Shown here one piece after another: positions 1 through 14,544 of a DNA stretch of 64,000 nt (the first letter of the stretch is position 1; each line of letters begins with the position of its first letter). Position numbers and translations under genes: made by a program. The notes under the pieces were generated by a model. The model made no database searches. It was not told the DNA's origin and worked only from the letters and a program-made list of their open reading frames with translations. Source of the stretch: Haliotis rubra (taxonomy: Eukaryota); assembly GCF_003918875.1 (NCBI RefSeq), contig NW_025765403.1, positions 1,426,001-1,490,000 of the forward strand, given 5' to 3'.

Positions 1-240
1 AACAGGTTTCGTCAAATGGGTTTGACCATCCCTACCTACTCCTCCAAACACACAAAGCTCCAGTACTCATGTTTATTATATGCTCATGTAGACTTAAGAT
101 AGGTATACAGGGGTGCAATGCGGATGACGAGGTCAAATTCCGTATTGCAGCCCAGGTTCCGTATTGAACCCCTACCGCTACGCTATGATTTGTTTTAATA
201 AGTAACAGATAAAAATGCAAGATAAGAGGGTATATAATTA

Positions 241-385
241 ATATAGAACGTCATACTAGTGTATTTGGATGTTTTGTATTGAACGAGAAGAGGTCATGAG
301 AGCATGGGAGTTGCTTCTCTGACATCTTCTCGTTCAATGCAAAGCATCCAAATGCACCAGTATGACGTCATGGGAGTTCTATATA
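241..385. repeat. Long imperfect palindrome, probably part of a non-autonomous DNA element
   Basis: ATATAGAACGTCATACTAGTGTATTTGGATGTTTTGTATTGAACGAGAAGAGGTCA is mirrored by TGACATCTTCTCGTTCAATGCAAAGCATCCAAATGCACCAGTATGACGT...TTCTATAT. Confidence 0.6.
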
Positions 386-939
386 TTTATTAAATCCTCA
401 TTGCATTCAGTGCTCAGTCACTCTAAACCCTTTTTTAATATATTCCAGTGGATGGACATGATGCATCATGAAAATAGCAATTTCATGTAGCATTGAATCC
501 AAACGTGATTCATTTTACAAAAGGTTTTGCTCTGTTTATGAGTCCTATGGTGTTTATGTTTTGAACATGTCAACAAAACCCACCATCCGTAAAATACCCG
601 TATGTAACAGCATGATTTTCAATTTCGGCGTGTAGTGTCACAGAATACACAATTCACATGCAATGCAATGCAATTCCTATATGCGTTTCTTTTTTGGGAG
701 AGTATATTTACTTCTTATTAACATGATGCGGCTATAAAGAGCAGATTTGTTCGTCGTTAATATCTTTTTAAGAAGGTAATCTCGAGACGTTGTGCTTTTG
801 TGTATATATTTTGACTGGTTTGCTTCAAAATAATTGATTTCCTCGTTTAAGAATTTAAATATCGCCTCATACGGATGGTTTTACTTGGATTTGGATATCA
901 ATCACGAAACTGGATATGTTCGACACAAAAATTGGTATA

Positions 940-1158
940 CAGTCGAGCACCGTTGTGTCGAACTCTGATAACTCGATATCTCGGTTGTCTCGAAATAACA
1001 ACTCGGTCCCGGCAAAATCGTTCATAATTTATCAGTTTAGCGTTTTGTTTTCTTTCATAGTGATATGTGATGATATGCCCTGGTCGGATGTCTCGACGTT
1101 CGGATAACTCGACATTTTTTCTTGGTCCCATGAATATCGAGACAACGGTGCTCGACTG
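940..1158. mobile_element. MITE, Tc1/mariner-pogo type
   Basis: TIRs CAGTCGAGCACCGTTGT(G/C)TCGA at 940 and reverse complement ending 1158; TA on both flanks. Confidence 0.8.
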
Positions 1159-1893
1159 TAGATGATAGACCAACACAGACATTACGGCGAACATAGATAA
1201 GAGAGAAGCGCATCCCATTGTTTTAAAGCATAACAAGTTAACTGACACATAAGTCTTGTTAATAATGATTTTAGACGGGTTTACAACTATTTTGTTTCAT
1301 TTAAGTGAGTAATTTCGTTAATAAACGTAAACTACACCTCGAATTAAGAGCAGTGGTATCCACCCCTTTCCGTAAAGGCTTAAATCCATCACTAAAAAAT
1401 ATGTATCCACGCATATGCATAGACTACACTCCCGTCCTTTTGGTGAAAATATTGTACAACAACTCAACCTAACAGATCGAAAATAAGGCGTACGGACTTG
1501 CCTCCCTTACATAGCTTGTCACTGCACTTGCGATGCTGAAAAGAATGGCATGTATTTCTCCTCCACCCTCAATCTACCTGTAGCCCCATTGCCATTAACA
1601 GTTCACACCCCAACATACACGCAAATGCATACGCCTACGCACATATCTGTGTTGTTCACTCCCCGACTCGGGTACTGTTCTTCTCTCTCTCTAGTTCAGG
1701 TAAGCATACATGGGTATTACGAAACTACCACTCTGATATGTAATTCGATAAACTCGTTACCACATCATGTGATTGAGATAGCCAACATTTTTTCACAAGG
1801 CTGTCTGTTCAATCTGGTTTCAACGAAACTGTGATAAAACCCCACCTCTCCATTGCCAGCATCACGGCTATTTATAGACGGTCACGTAACCTT

Positions 1894-2236
1894 GGGAAAT
1901 CCCAGGTACGGTCGATACGCTGAGTGAAATTCAATAGGCGCCCTTCACCGACACGGTCCTTGGTGACATGACAATACGTCTCCATGTATCTCTATGCTAT
2001 GAAGCATGTGATAGCACTTGCTGTAATCGCTCATAGGTCTTATCGCAAACAAAAACGAAAGCGAAAATAGAGTGATTTGGCTGAAATTCTGATGACGTCA
2101 CAGCTCTAATACAGTTCCTGGAAAGCCCGTGTGGTCGTCACTTGTATATACAAGGGGGTGTTGTGTGTCACTGATCAGTTCTTGGAACTCTAGAATGAGA
2201 TCTGGCAGAACTTAGAGGTCCCGTCAAAGGCCGATG
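1894..2236 (+). promoter_or_regulatory. Putative immune-inducible promoter and non-coding first exon of ZNFX1-1
   Basis: kB site GGGAAATCCC 1894-1903; IRF-E GAAAGCGAAA 2057-2066; CRE TGACGTCA 2093-2100; GAS TTCCTGGAA 2115-2123; TATA-like TATATAC 2145; Inr TCAGTT 2175-2180 about 32 nt downstream; donor ATG|GTAAGT 2236/2237. Motif inference only. Confidence 0.55.
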
Positions 2237-2658
2237 GTAAGTACAGTAAGCTTGAAGCTACCTATACCCACTAGCTTGTCCCTCTGATCACCGAAACCCG
2301 ACTCAGCCGTGTTGGTTCGACCTGATATGCAGGAATGTGTGTATATGTGTTTCATTATTGACGAATAATTATTGTGGCCGTCATTCAATCGTCTGTCGAC
2401 ATGGATACTAGTTTGACAATATATGTGAAGGTTGTAAGCGGGAGATGTTATGAGCAGTAAACACGGTTCATTGGTAGAGAGCCCATACATTTTTCCGCAA
2501 ATGCTCCAGGAAAAAAAATATTTGCTGTGTTTTACATCGTTCGAAAATTGTGTTTAATTTGATTATCTATCAGATGAGTACCATTTTCACTTTGAGATAC
2601 TGTGAGATATCAGACGATATCTATAAGGTACGATCTTCTAAACGAAAGGGGCGGTAGG

Positions 2659-5600
2659 GTGAGATTCAGGCATACTGTATACATGCCACATGGTGAGATT
2701 CATGCATACTGTAAATATGCCACATGGCGAGATTCATGCATACTGTATGCATGCCACATGGTGAGATTCATGCATACTGTATACATGCCACATGGTGAGA
2801 TTCATGGCATACTCTATACATGCCACATGGTGAGATTCATGCATACTGTATACATGCCACATGGTGAGATTCATGCATACTGTATGCATGCCACATGGTG
2901 AGATTCATGCATACTGTATACATGCCACATGGTGAGATTCAGGCATACTGTATACATACCACATGGTGAGATTCATGCATACTGTATGCATGAAAGATGG
3001 TGATAATCATGCATGCTGTATACATGCCACATTGTGATATTCAGCCATACTGTATACATTCCACATGGTGAGATTGATCTATGCAGTATATATGTCACAT
3101 GGTGAGATTCAGACATACAGTATACATGCCACATGGTGAGATTCTGGCATACTGCATACATGCACGATGGTGATATAACTGCATATTGTATACATGCCAC
3201 ATGGTGATATTCATGCATATTGTATAAAATGCCACATGGTGAGATTCATGCATACTGTATACATGCCACATGGTGAGATTCATGCATACTGTATAATTAT
3301 GCCACATGGTGAGATTCATGACATACTGTATACATGCTACATGGTGAGATTCATGCATACTTTATACTGTAGATTCATGCATACAACATGGTGAGATTCA
3401 GGCATACTGTATGCATGGCACATGGTGAGATTCATGCATACTGTATACATGCCACATGGTGAGATTCATGTATACTGTATACATGCCACATGGTGATTCA
3501 TTCATGAATGGTGAGCTGTATACATTCATGCCACATGGTGATATTCATCCATATTGTATACATACCATATGGTGAGATTCATGCATACTGTATACATGCT
3601 ACATTGTGAGATTCATGCATACAGTATGCCACCTGGCGAGATTCATGCCATGTATGTATGGTGAGATACTGTATGGCACATAGCAATATGCAGATTCATG
3701 CATACTGTATACATGCCACATGGTATGCCACACGGTGATATTCATGCATAAAGTATACATGCCACATGGTGAGATTCAGGCATACTGTATACATGCCACA
3801 TTGTGACATTCATGCAATCTGTATACATGCTACATGGTGATATTCATCCATATTGTATACATACTTTAATGTGAGATTCATGCATAATTTATACATGCCA
3901 CATGGTGAGATTCAGGCATACTGTATACATGCCACATGGTGAGATTCAGGCATACTTTATACATTCAACATGGTGATATTCATGCATACTGTATACATGC
4001 CACATGGTGAGATTCATGCATACTGCTGACATGCCACATGGTGATATTCAGGCATACAGTATGTATGCCACATTGTGACATTCATGCGTACTGTATACAT
4101 GCCACATGGTGAGATTCATCCCTATTGTATACCTGCCACATAATGTGATTCATGCATACTGTATCCATGCCACATAGTGAGATTCATCCATATTGTATAC
4201 ATACCACGTGGTGAGATTCATGCATACTGTATGCATGAAAGATGGTGATATACTGCATACTGTATACATGCCACATTGTGAATATTCAGGCATACTGTAT
4301 ACATGCCACATGGTGAGATTCATCAATATTGTATACATGCCACATGGTGAGATTCAGGCATACTATATACATGCCACATGGTGAGATTCATGCTTACTCT
4401 ATATATGCCACATGGTGAGATTCATGCATACAGTATACATGCCCATTCATGAGATTTATCTATACTGTATATATGCCACATGGTAAGATTCATGCATGCT
4501 GTATACATGCCACATGGTGAGATTCATGCATACTGTATACATGCCACCTGGTGATATTCATGCATACTGTATGCATGCCAGATGGTGAGATTCATGCATA
4601 CTGTATACATGCCACATGGTGAGATTCATGTATACTGTATATATGTCACATGGTGAGATTCATGCATACTGTATACATGCCACATGGTGAGATTCATGCA
4701 TACTGCATGCATGCACGATGGTGATATAACTGCATACTGTATACATGCCACATGGTGATATTCATGCATATTGTATAAAATGCCACATGGTGAGATTCAT
4801 GCATTCTGTGTGCTTGCCACATGGTGAGATTCATGCAAACTGTATATATACATTATGCCATACTTGGTGGTGATTATGGCATACATACTCTATACTGTAT
4901 ATGCCACATGGTGAGATTCATGTCATACTGTATGCATGCAACATGGTGAGATTCATGCATACTGTATACATGCCACATGGTGAGATTCATGCATACTGTA
5001 TACATGCCACATGGTGAGATTCATGCATACTGTATGCATGCCACATGGTGAGATTCATGCATACTGTATACATGCCACATGGTGAGATTCATCCATATTG
5101 TATACATGCCATATGGTGAGATTCATGCATACTGTATACATGCTACATGGTGAGATTCATGCATACTGTATACATGCCACCTGGTGATATTCATGCATAC
5201 TGTATGTATGGCACATGGTGAGATTCAGGCATACTGTATACATGCCACATTGTGACATTCATGCATACTGTATACATGCCACATGGTTAGATTCATACAT
5301 ACTGTATGCATCCCTCATGGTGAGATTCATGGATACTGAATACATCCCACATGGTGAGATTCATTCATACTGTATACATGCCACATGGTGAGATTCATGC
5401 ATACTGTATACATGCCACATGGTGAGTTCATGCATACCGTATATATGCCACACGTTGATATTCATCGATACTGTATACATGCCAGAAGGTGAGATTCAGG
5501 CATACCGTATACATGCCACATTGTGACATTCATGCAATCTGTATACATGCCACATGGTGAGATTCAGGCATACTTTATACATGCAACATGGTGATATTCA

Positions 5601-6528
5601 TGCATACTGTATACATGCCACATTGTGATATTCATGCATGTTGTATACATGCCACATGGTGAGATTCATGCATGCTGTATATATGCCAGATGGTGATATT
5701 ATGCATACTGTATACATGCCACATAGTGAGATTCATCTATATTGTATACATACCACGTGGTGAGATTCAGGCATACTGTATACATTCAACATGGTGATAT
5801 GCATGCATACTGTATGTATGCAACATTGTGATATTCAGGCATACTGCATGCATGCCACATGGTAATATTCCTGCATGCTGTATATATGCCACATGGTGAT
5901 ATTCAGGCATACAGTATACATGCCACATGGTGATATTCATGCATGCTGTATACATGCCATCTGGTGATATTCATGCCTACTGCGTTCATGCTACGTGGTG
6001 AGATTCATGCAAACTGTATACATGCCATATGGTGAGATTCATGCATACTCTATACATGCCACATGGTGATATTCAGGCATAATGTATGCATGAAAGATGG
6101 TGATATACATGCATACTGTATACATGCCACATTGTGATATTCAGGCATACTGTATACATTCCACATGGTGAGATTGATCTATGCTGAATACATGCCACAT
6201 GGTGAGATTCATGCATAAAGTATACATGCCACATGGTGAGATTCATCCATGTTGTATGCAGACCGTATGGTGAGATTAAGGAATACTGTATACATGCCAC
6301 ATGGTGAGATTCAGGCATACTGCATGCATGCAAGATGGTGATATAACTGCATACTGTATACATGCCACATTGTGATATTCATGCATATTGTATAAATACC
6401 ACATGTTGAGATTTATGCATGCCGTATATATGCCACATGGTGAGATTTAGGCATGCAGTATACATGCCACATGGTAAGATTCAGGCATGCTTTATACATG
6501 CCACATGGTAAGATTCATGCATACTGTT
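2659..6528. repeat. 34-bp tandem satellite, roughly 110 copies
   Basis: Unit GGTGAGATTCATGCATACTGTATACATGCCACAT repeated head-to-tail with point variants; explains the HGEIHAYC/MWHVYS pseudo-ORFs. Confidence 0.95.
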
Positions 6529-7043
6529 ACATGGTATGTGGTCCATTGGCAACATGTATGTTTCACAGTATGTAGTACATAGACAGTATCTATATATGTA
6601 TAATAGTATGTGGTACATAAACAGTATGTATGTATCACAGTATGTGGTACATAGACATTATGTATGTTTAATAGTATATGGTACATAGACAGGATATATG
6701 TATAAGAGTATGTGGGACGTAGACAGTATGTATGTATCATGTTATGTTGTACATGTACAGTGTGTATGGACCACGGTATGTGGTACATAGACAGTATATA
6801 TGTATAACAATATGCGGTACATAGACTGTATGTATCATGGTATGTGGTACACAAACAGTATTAATGTTTAAAAGTATGTGGTACATAGACAGTATATATC
6901 TAACATTATGTGGTACATAGACTGTATGTATCATGGTATGTGGTACACAGACAGATAGATAGATAGTATCACGGTATGTGGTACATGGACAGTATATATT
7001 ATAACAGAATGCGGCACATAGATAGTATGAATCTTTAAAAGTA
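6529..7043. repeat. Second, more degenerate minisatellite (AGTATGTGGTACATAGACAGTAT... units) running into the gap
   Basis: Repeated GTATGTGGTACATAGACAG cores. Confidence 0.8.
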
Positions 7044-7203
7044 NNNNNNNNNNNNNNNNNNNNNNNNNNNNNNNNNNNNNNNNNNNNNNNNNNNNNNNNN
7101 NNNNNNNNNNNNNNNNNNNNNNNNNNNNNNNNNNNNNNNNNNNNNNNNNNNNNNNNNNNNNNNNNNNNNNNNNNNNNNNNNNNNNNNNNNNNNNNNNNNN
7201 NNN
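7044..7203. other. Assembly gap (N run)
   Basis: 160 N. Confidence 1.
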
Positions 7204-7915
7204 CATAGACAGTTTTCATGTATTACACTATTGATATGAATATCTACAACTGTTATGCAATGCCTTTAACTACCAGTACACCACTAGCCTATTTATAGAG
7301 ATTGTTTCTGCAACGGGACTTGACGACGAGATAAACACCTATCAGCCGCGTCAGCACAGTCACTGGAACTGCTATATAATAGGGAGTGACGAACGGTGAA
7401 TACTGGTTATAATCCTTTGTCTGAGGGAATATTTGCCTGTGCTCCTCTCGTTTAAGTGTACATTTTAAATTCACCGACATATTATCTGTTATACCACACG
7501 TGTGTGCGCTATGAATATGGTTGATAATTTATCAGTGTTTCATGAAGGAACTACACTGATTGTGACAGAATCTTTTCTGAAAAAAATCCTTCCATTTTTT
7601 TTAAATATGACGGATATAATGGATAGTGGAATAACACATAACCTTGCATGTTCATGAATATGAGTTATTTGAAAAAAAATATGTTGATAACACGGTTAAT
7701 GTAAAGGTTGTTTCGTACTATAAGAAACTCCGATAAAACCGGAACTGCTTACACCACATGCAACAGTAATGCCATAGAACCAGGAAGTTGGAACACCTGC
7801 TTTATGCCTATAGAACCATGTATACCTTATATTAATTATAGATATACATGTAATTGTATTTTTAACCGAAACGTTTTGCTATTTTAGATCACACAACACA
7901 TCTGGCTTCTTTACC

Positions 7916-10900
7916 ATGGACAACGATGATGACCACGTCCATAGGTGGGATGTTATTTCAAGTTTATCTTGATTAAGATGATCTTCTCAAATATTATTCG
8001 AAGTATTCATGTTGTCAAATGAATTCATTTGATATATTTTCTGTTGGTTTTAAGGTACCTTAACATTCTAAACTATAGACATTTTCTTGTAAGCAACATG
8101 ATCTTGATGTAGAAGTAATGCAAAGTATAAATGAATTATCGCGTCACTGGATTTATTAATCCAGATGCTGTCAGTGGATTGTATAGTAGGTCCCCCAAGT
8201 GTTGACGCTACCTCCATATGGTGCTGGTATTCAACAGTTCGGGTTGGGGCAACAAAAATTACTTGAATTATTATGCAGATTTTGTAAGGGCCTGGTATCT
8301 CCCATATGTCATTTCTTTTCGATGATAACGAAGACACACTTTTCTTAGACGTCACTTTAAATAACGCCGTTTGATCCATATTCTCAGTGGTTGTGTCATG
8401 TTGAGTCATCTCTGCCATTACAGACCTGATTACGGACAAGATCAAGGTGATGGGAGAGGACGAGGTCGAATGAGAGGTCGAGGTCGATGGGGTCACGGAC
8501 GAGGCTTTAGAGGTGCCGGAGGATGGGGAAGAGGTGGTGGACGAAACGAAGACGAACACAATTTGGATCATGGAAGGTTTGGAGGGAGAGGGCGAGGAGA
8601 ACACAGAGGTAGGGGCGAAGGACACTGGGGAAGAGGTGCTGATCGCGCAGAGGAAGAAGGAAGAGGTCACAATGACGGTGATGGTGCCAGAGGAGGCCGA
8701 GGACAAGGGTTCCGAGGAAGAGGTGGAAGAGGGGGAGGTCATTACCTTGATTACAGGCAATTGCAAGAACTGCGGTCAAAGGATCCATCTACAATTGTTA
8801 TGACACTTGGCCAGGAATCAGGTCTCGGCTCACTCCTCAAACGACACAATCTTTCATCTCATATGATGTATGCGATTGTAGGTGCCCTTGCACAGGCATG
8901 TTTATGTAAATCTGCTCAGACTAACCTTATTGAACTCTTGCTCACTGTTCAGCGGTCAAAATTTTACGACCATGTCCCTGATGTTTTGAACGACATCAGA
9001 AACAGACCAAATGAAAATCCCAGAGAAAAGAGGCAGTTCATCAAAGACTTGATATCAGTTATGAAGGAACTGGCTACCAGACTGCCACATTCATACATTC
9101 ATGTTCTTGGAGTGAAGAGCTTCCTGGAAATGATCCTGCCTGAACTTGAACTAAAGTCTGATATCGTAGATGAAGAGATGCTTCAACACCTGAAGCAGCT
9201 GCAGGATATGCAAACGCCAACTGTTGACAGGACGACAAAAGAAGAAGGTGGGGATGAGAAAAAGGAGTATACTGATGGGACACCACCTAGTGATTTCAGA
9301 GATATGTCCATATTTCCAAATGTCGAGGACATTCACCCTGAGGAGAAACCTTTTCTTCGCAAGAACATAGATGTTGGTAGATACAATGACCTTCATCATT
9401 ACTTGGACGTCCAGTTCCGTTTGTTGAGGGAAGATTTTGTCTACCCTTTGAGGAACGGCATTGCAGAGTATCAAGCTGCCAATGTTCCAGGAGAGAAAGG
9501 TCAGAGACTGAAAGACATACGGGTCTATCATGATGTCCAGATCGTGCGGACAGTGTGCTCAGATGGTGGACTTCTCCACAGAATCATGTTTGACATGAGC
9601 AAGCTTCGCAAAATCAGATGGGAAAATTCTAAGCGACTGATATATGGATCGTTGGTCTGCTTGTCACATGACAATTTTGAAACCCTTCTCTTTGCTACTG
9701 TTTCTGATAGAGATCCAAAGAAACTTCAGGATGGTATACTTGATGTATTACTTGAAAATGATGAAGATCTTGATGACATCCTTTCCCTGGATACCCGTTT
9801 TGTAATGGTAGAGACATCAGCTTACTTTGAGGCCTACAGACATGTCTTGAGAGGTCTGCAGATGCTCCGTGATGGTGATCTTCCATTTGAAGAGTACATT
9901 GTCGAATGTGAGAGTGAGGTGAAGTCACCTCAATACCTCCGGGGTTTAAGGACTGTCAAATATGACCTGCGCCCACTTGTGGATGAAAAAACTGTTCTAA
10001 GGGAAGACACTGCTTTGAGACTGCAGAAAAGGGAGGTGAGCTACGACTTTAGTCGCGAATCACAGATTGCCAACAACATTGAAATACTGAATCATTTGGA
10101 TTGGCCGTCTGCCATCCAACTGCATCTTGATCCGTCACAGTACAAAGCCTTAAAAACAGCCCTCACCAAAGAGTTCGTCATTATGCAAGGACCACCTGGT
10201 ACAGGGAAAACGTATGTTGGTTTAAAGATTGTGAAGGCCCTGTTACACAACACAAAGACCTGGAATGCAAACAACAGATCACCAATGCTCATCGTTTGCT
10301 ACACAAACCATGCACTAGACCAGTTTCTTGAAGGAATAATATCCTTCTACAGAGGAAGTATCATCAGAGTAGGAGGAAGGATCAAAAGTGAGCAACTGGA
10401 GGATTACTCACTCAAAGCACAGAGACAAAGGGCACGAAAATTGCACGGTTCCAGAGATATGAGAAATACTGGACGGATGAGATGGGAAATTCGTAACAGT
10501 ATGATGACCCTGAAGCTTGAGATTGAAAAGATTGGTCAGCAAATAGAAGCAGCCGAGAGGGAGATATTACATGAAGATGTGTTGCGACCATTCATGGGTG
10601 AAAGCTATGATGATATGGTGATGGCGATGAATATGATGCTAATGCAGATGCAGGAAGCAAATGGCCATGTGCCACCACCAACCCCTGTCATGGTAGAGTG
10701 GTTGGGCATTGGTGCGTTTGGCGAAATGGTGAACCCAGCTGAGCAACCGCAACCAGGGGAAGACATTGAAAATGAGGACGAGGATGGTGGACTGATAGAT
10801 GTTCAGGAAGAAGCAGATCTCTTGCAAGAGCAGAGACAGATGCATGACATGGACGATGGTGACATGGAGGAAAGTGAACTTGACAAGCTTCAGAGAATGA

Positions 10901-13900
10901 TTGAGCATCTTCAGTATGAACGAGGTGGATATGTTGCCTTTGATGTGACAAATTTGGACAGGAACCCGAAGGAACAAGAAGATGCAATGCAGTTCCAGTT
11001 ACAGCCTGAAGCCCGAAGACGTCTTAAAAGACGTATTTTGAAAAGATTGAGATCCACACAAAGGATGACATCAGCAGAGGCTAATCGTGTCCGGGATCCT
11101 TGGGCACTCCAAATGAATGATAGATGGAAATTGTACAGATTCTGGGTACACTGTCTCTGTGAAAGACTGCAACGTGACATATCAACAAAGGAGGCTAGAT
11201 ACAAAGCAGTGGTAACTCAGTACAAAGAGTCACAGATGATTGAAGACAAACAGATCATGGAGACTGCAACAGTGATAGGGATGACAACAACAGGGGCAGC
11301 CCGCTATCAACAGGTGCTGTCGGAGATTGGCCCCAAAGTCATAGTTGTTGAAGAAGCTGCAGAAGTTCTTGAGGGACACATCATCACAACTCTGAGCAAG
11401 AAATGTGAACATCTGATACTTATCGGAGATCATAAGCAGCTGAAGCCAAACCCTACTGTATACAAACTTGCAAAGCAATTCAAGTTAGATCTGTCTTTAT
11501 TTGAGAGAATGATCAACAATGGCATGCACTGTGACACGCTGGCTCTTCAGCATAGAATGCGCCCTGAAATTGCCAGGTTAATGAAGCCAATCTACCCCAA
11601 GCTTGAAAATCATTCCTCTGTCCTCAATTATGAGAAGATCAAGGGGATATCTGACAACATGTTCTTCATCAACCATGGATATCAAGAAGAACATGACATT
11701 GAACGTGTCAGTCACGCCAATGAGTTTGAAGCTAGATATGTCGTAGCACTGTGTGAATATCTGATGAAACAGGGATATGAAAGATCACAAATCACAATTC
11801 TCACAACCTACTCAGGACAGCTACTGAAACTGAAGAAGATGATGCCAAAGCAGATTTTCCAGGGAGTCAGATTGACAGTGGTGGACAACTACCAAGGAGA
11901 GGAGAATGACATAATCCTTCTGTCACTCGTGCGAAGCAATGCTGAAGGAAGCGTTGGATTCCTGAAAATTGAAAACCGTGTCTGTGTGGCACTTTCACGG
12001 GCTAAGAAAGGATTATATGTCATCGGGAACTTTGATCTCCTTGCCCAAGAAAGTCAGCTGTGGAGGGAAATAAAGAAAGATTTGCAGATTAACAACCAGA
12101 TAGGAACAACCTTGAACCTATATTGTCAGAATCACCCGCGGGACACGGGCATTGCTGCAAAGAAACCGGAAGACTTCGGGAAAGCTCCTGAAGGTGGTTG
12201 CATGAAGCAGTGCACCTTCAGACTGGAATGTGGACATGTCTGTTCTCGACTTTGCCATCCTTATGACCCCAACCACGAAGAATACAAATGCAATAAACCC
12301 TGTCCAAAATCTATATGCCAGAACAATCACCCATGTCCACGATTGTGCTATCAGCAGTGTGAGAAATGCGAAGTGCCAGTCGAAAAGGTGATACCTCGTT
12401 GTGGACACAAACAGCTTGTCCCCTGTTGCATGAATCCCAGGAAATACGAATGTCAAGCTAAATGTGATAAGGTCTTGAAGTGTGGACACCCATGTGGAAA
12501 CCCATGTGGAATTGAGCATCAGTGCAAACAGATGGTGAAGAAGACGTGGAGATGTGGACACACAAGTGATGTTGAATGCATGAGGAAAGACTCGGCTGTC
12601 TGCAAGGCAAAATGTTCAACAATGCTGGAATGTGGACATACGTGTGCTGGCAACTGTCACGACTGTCATGAAGGAAGGCTGCACGTATCATGCCGTAAGA
12701 ACTGCAAGAGGATCCTTGTCTGTGGACACGAATGTAAGGACATGTGCAGCAACTGTCCCCCATGCAGAAATGTTTGTGAGAACCGATGTCCGCACAGCAA
12801 ATGTTACAAAATATGCGGCGAGATTTGTGTACCATGTAATGAGCCCTGTGAGTGGAAATGTCTGCACCATGCATGCACCAAGAAATGCAGAGAGCCATGT
12901 AATAGACCTCCGTGTGACGAACCCTGCCTGAACGTCCTTCGCTGTGGTCACCAATGCATCGGACTATGTGGTGAGCCTTGTCCACGTCTGTGCAGAGTGT
13001 GCAATCACGATGAAGTCACATCAATCTTGTTTGGCACAGAGGATGAGCCAGATGCAAGATTTGTTGAGCTTGAGGACTGTGGTCATATTGTGGAAGTATC
13101 TGCCATGGACAGGCTCATGCAAATGGATCCTGAAAATGATGCTATTCAGTTGAAAACATGCCCTCACTGCAAGACGCAGATTCGACGGAACACCAGATAT
13201 GGATCTCTGATCAAGAAAATGCTGAAGGATATAGACACAGTGAAAAAACGTTATATTGGAAAGATGACAGAATACGTGTTCTGAAAGCTAAACTTGAAGC
13301 TGAAGCCAACAGGGAAGTTGACCCACAAGAACGGAATGAAAAACTGGATATGCTGAAAAAGGGTTATGTCAACACTGAAGTTGGTCTTAATGCTATTGAG
13401 AATCAATTTCGTTTCTTGAAACGTGCGTCCAAATTATTTGATTCCTATGAAAAGCTTGCAGAGGACTGCAAAGAAGCCGTTCTACGTCCCGTTCTCAGGG
13501 ATGCCATTTCCAGCATGAAGGAGCTGGAGCAATTCCGAAAATGGCTCATGGGGACACGATCATCCCTCAGTGATCAGGATGTCTCAGATGCCCAGGATGA
13601 AGTTGACAGGAATAAGGCTATCATCAGGCTCTTAAAGGTAGAGAGAATTATAGCCATCAGAAACCCTGAAATGCCAGAGGCTTTGAAAAAGAACTCCAAG
13701 CTCTACAGGGGACTTTGAAATATGGCAAAAGGTTTACCAAACAACGGCAAGAAAGAGTGAAGAATATCTTCGAAATTCTAAAGAAGCATGTTCCAGAATC
13801 TGGTCTTGGTATATCTGAAGAAGAAAGGGTGGAAATAGTGAAAGCAATGGCACTCACAAAGGGACATTGGTTTAAATGTCCTAATGGTAATATATTTTTC

Positions 13901-14544
13901 GTAATGTTCTCATTTACCCATCTTTAAATGCACTTTTAGACTTTAGTTAAATTCCTTATGTTTCGATGCTAAATTTACATACGATCGTCCTGGTTCGGCC
14001 TTCACTGTCTTAGTTAATAATTTCTATAAATCACTGTTATTTGTTCAAAACCTGAAGTTATCATTTGAAAACAACCATTTCAAGAAAATAATTGTTGTTG
14101 ACAGACAGTTACTTCATATACTTTTGACAATTTTATTCACCTAAAAATGGGATATTTTAGATGAATCTCTAGTCTTGAAGTAAAGCATTTGGATGTAGGA
14201 TATTGTGTTTGGGGTCCAGCCACATCATGGCACAGGACAACAGATCTGGGTTCCAGAAATTGCCATTGAACTCGAGAATTGACAAGCGAACACTCCAAGT
14301 TCTATTCCACAATCTGATTCCTTAAGTAACTTAGTTACTTTCGATTTCAGGGCATGTCTATGCAATCGGAGAATGTGGTGGAGCAACCATGGTGTCGAAG
14401 TGTCCAGAATGTAACGCTACAATCGGTGGTACCGGGCACAGACTGAGAGGCGACAACGCCCTTGCACCAGAGATGGACGGAGCTGCGTTTGCAGCATGGT
14501 CAGAGCAGGCCAATCTTGGGAACTATAACCTGGATATGCTGTGA
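7916..14544 (+). CDS. ZNFX1: ZNFX1 paralog 1, NFX1-type zinc finger RNA helicase / RZ E3 ligase with N-terminal RGG tract, ~1895 aa after indel correction
   Basis: Exons 7916-7944 (MDNDDDHVH, phase 2), 8424-13886 (phase 1), 14351-14544. Motifs QGPPGTGKT, CYTNHALDQF, VEEAAE, IGDHKQL, SLFER, QHRMRP, VDNYQGEE, RVCVALSRAK; CGH-x-C NF-X1 repeats; ELEDCGH...CPHC RING-like finger; HWFKCPNG|HVYAIGECGG...CPEC...IGGTGH RZ finger. Two 1-nt deletions in A-runs (~13260, ~13686) join ORFs 8371, 13158 and 13715. Confidence 0.93.

Noticed and set aside
2602-7219. Many His/Met/Cys-rich ORFs and a CRISPR-like regular repeat
   Set aside because: They are translations of a head-to-tail 34-bp satellite; no unique spacers, no cas genes, eukaryotic context
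8371-8423. ORF-track starts at 8371, 20047, 33345, 34458 and 51856 as true N-termini
   Set aside because: The first four are intronic or UTR read-in upstream of acceptors or better ATGs, and 51856 is an internal Met; phase-matched upstream exons exist
8068-8766. 232-aa Ser-rich minus-strand ORF
   Set aside because: Antisense shadow of the RGG-coding region of ZNFX1-1
13255-13700. Programmed ribosomal frameshifting in the ZNFX1 genes
   Set aside because: Shift positions are not shared between paralogs, paralog 4 has none, and homopolymer error is simpler
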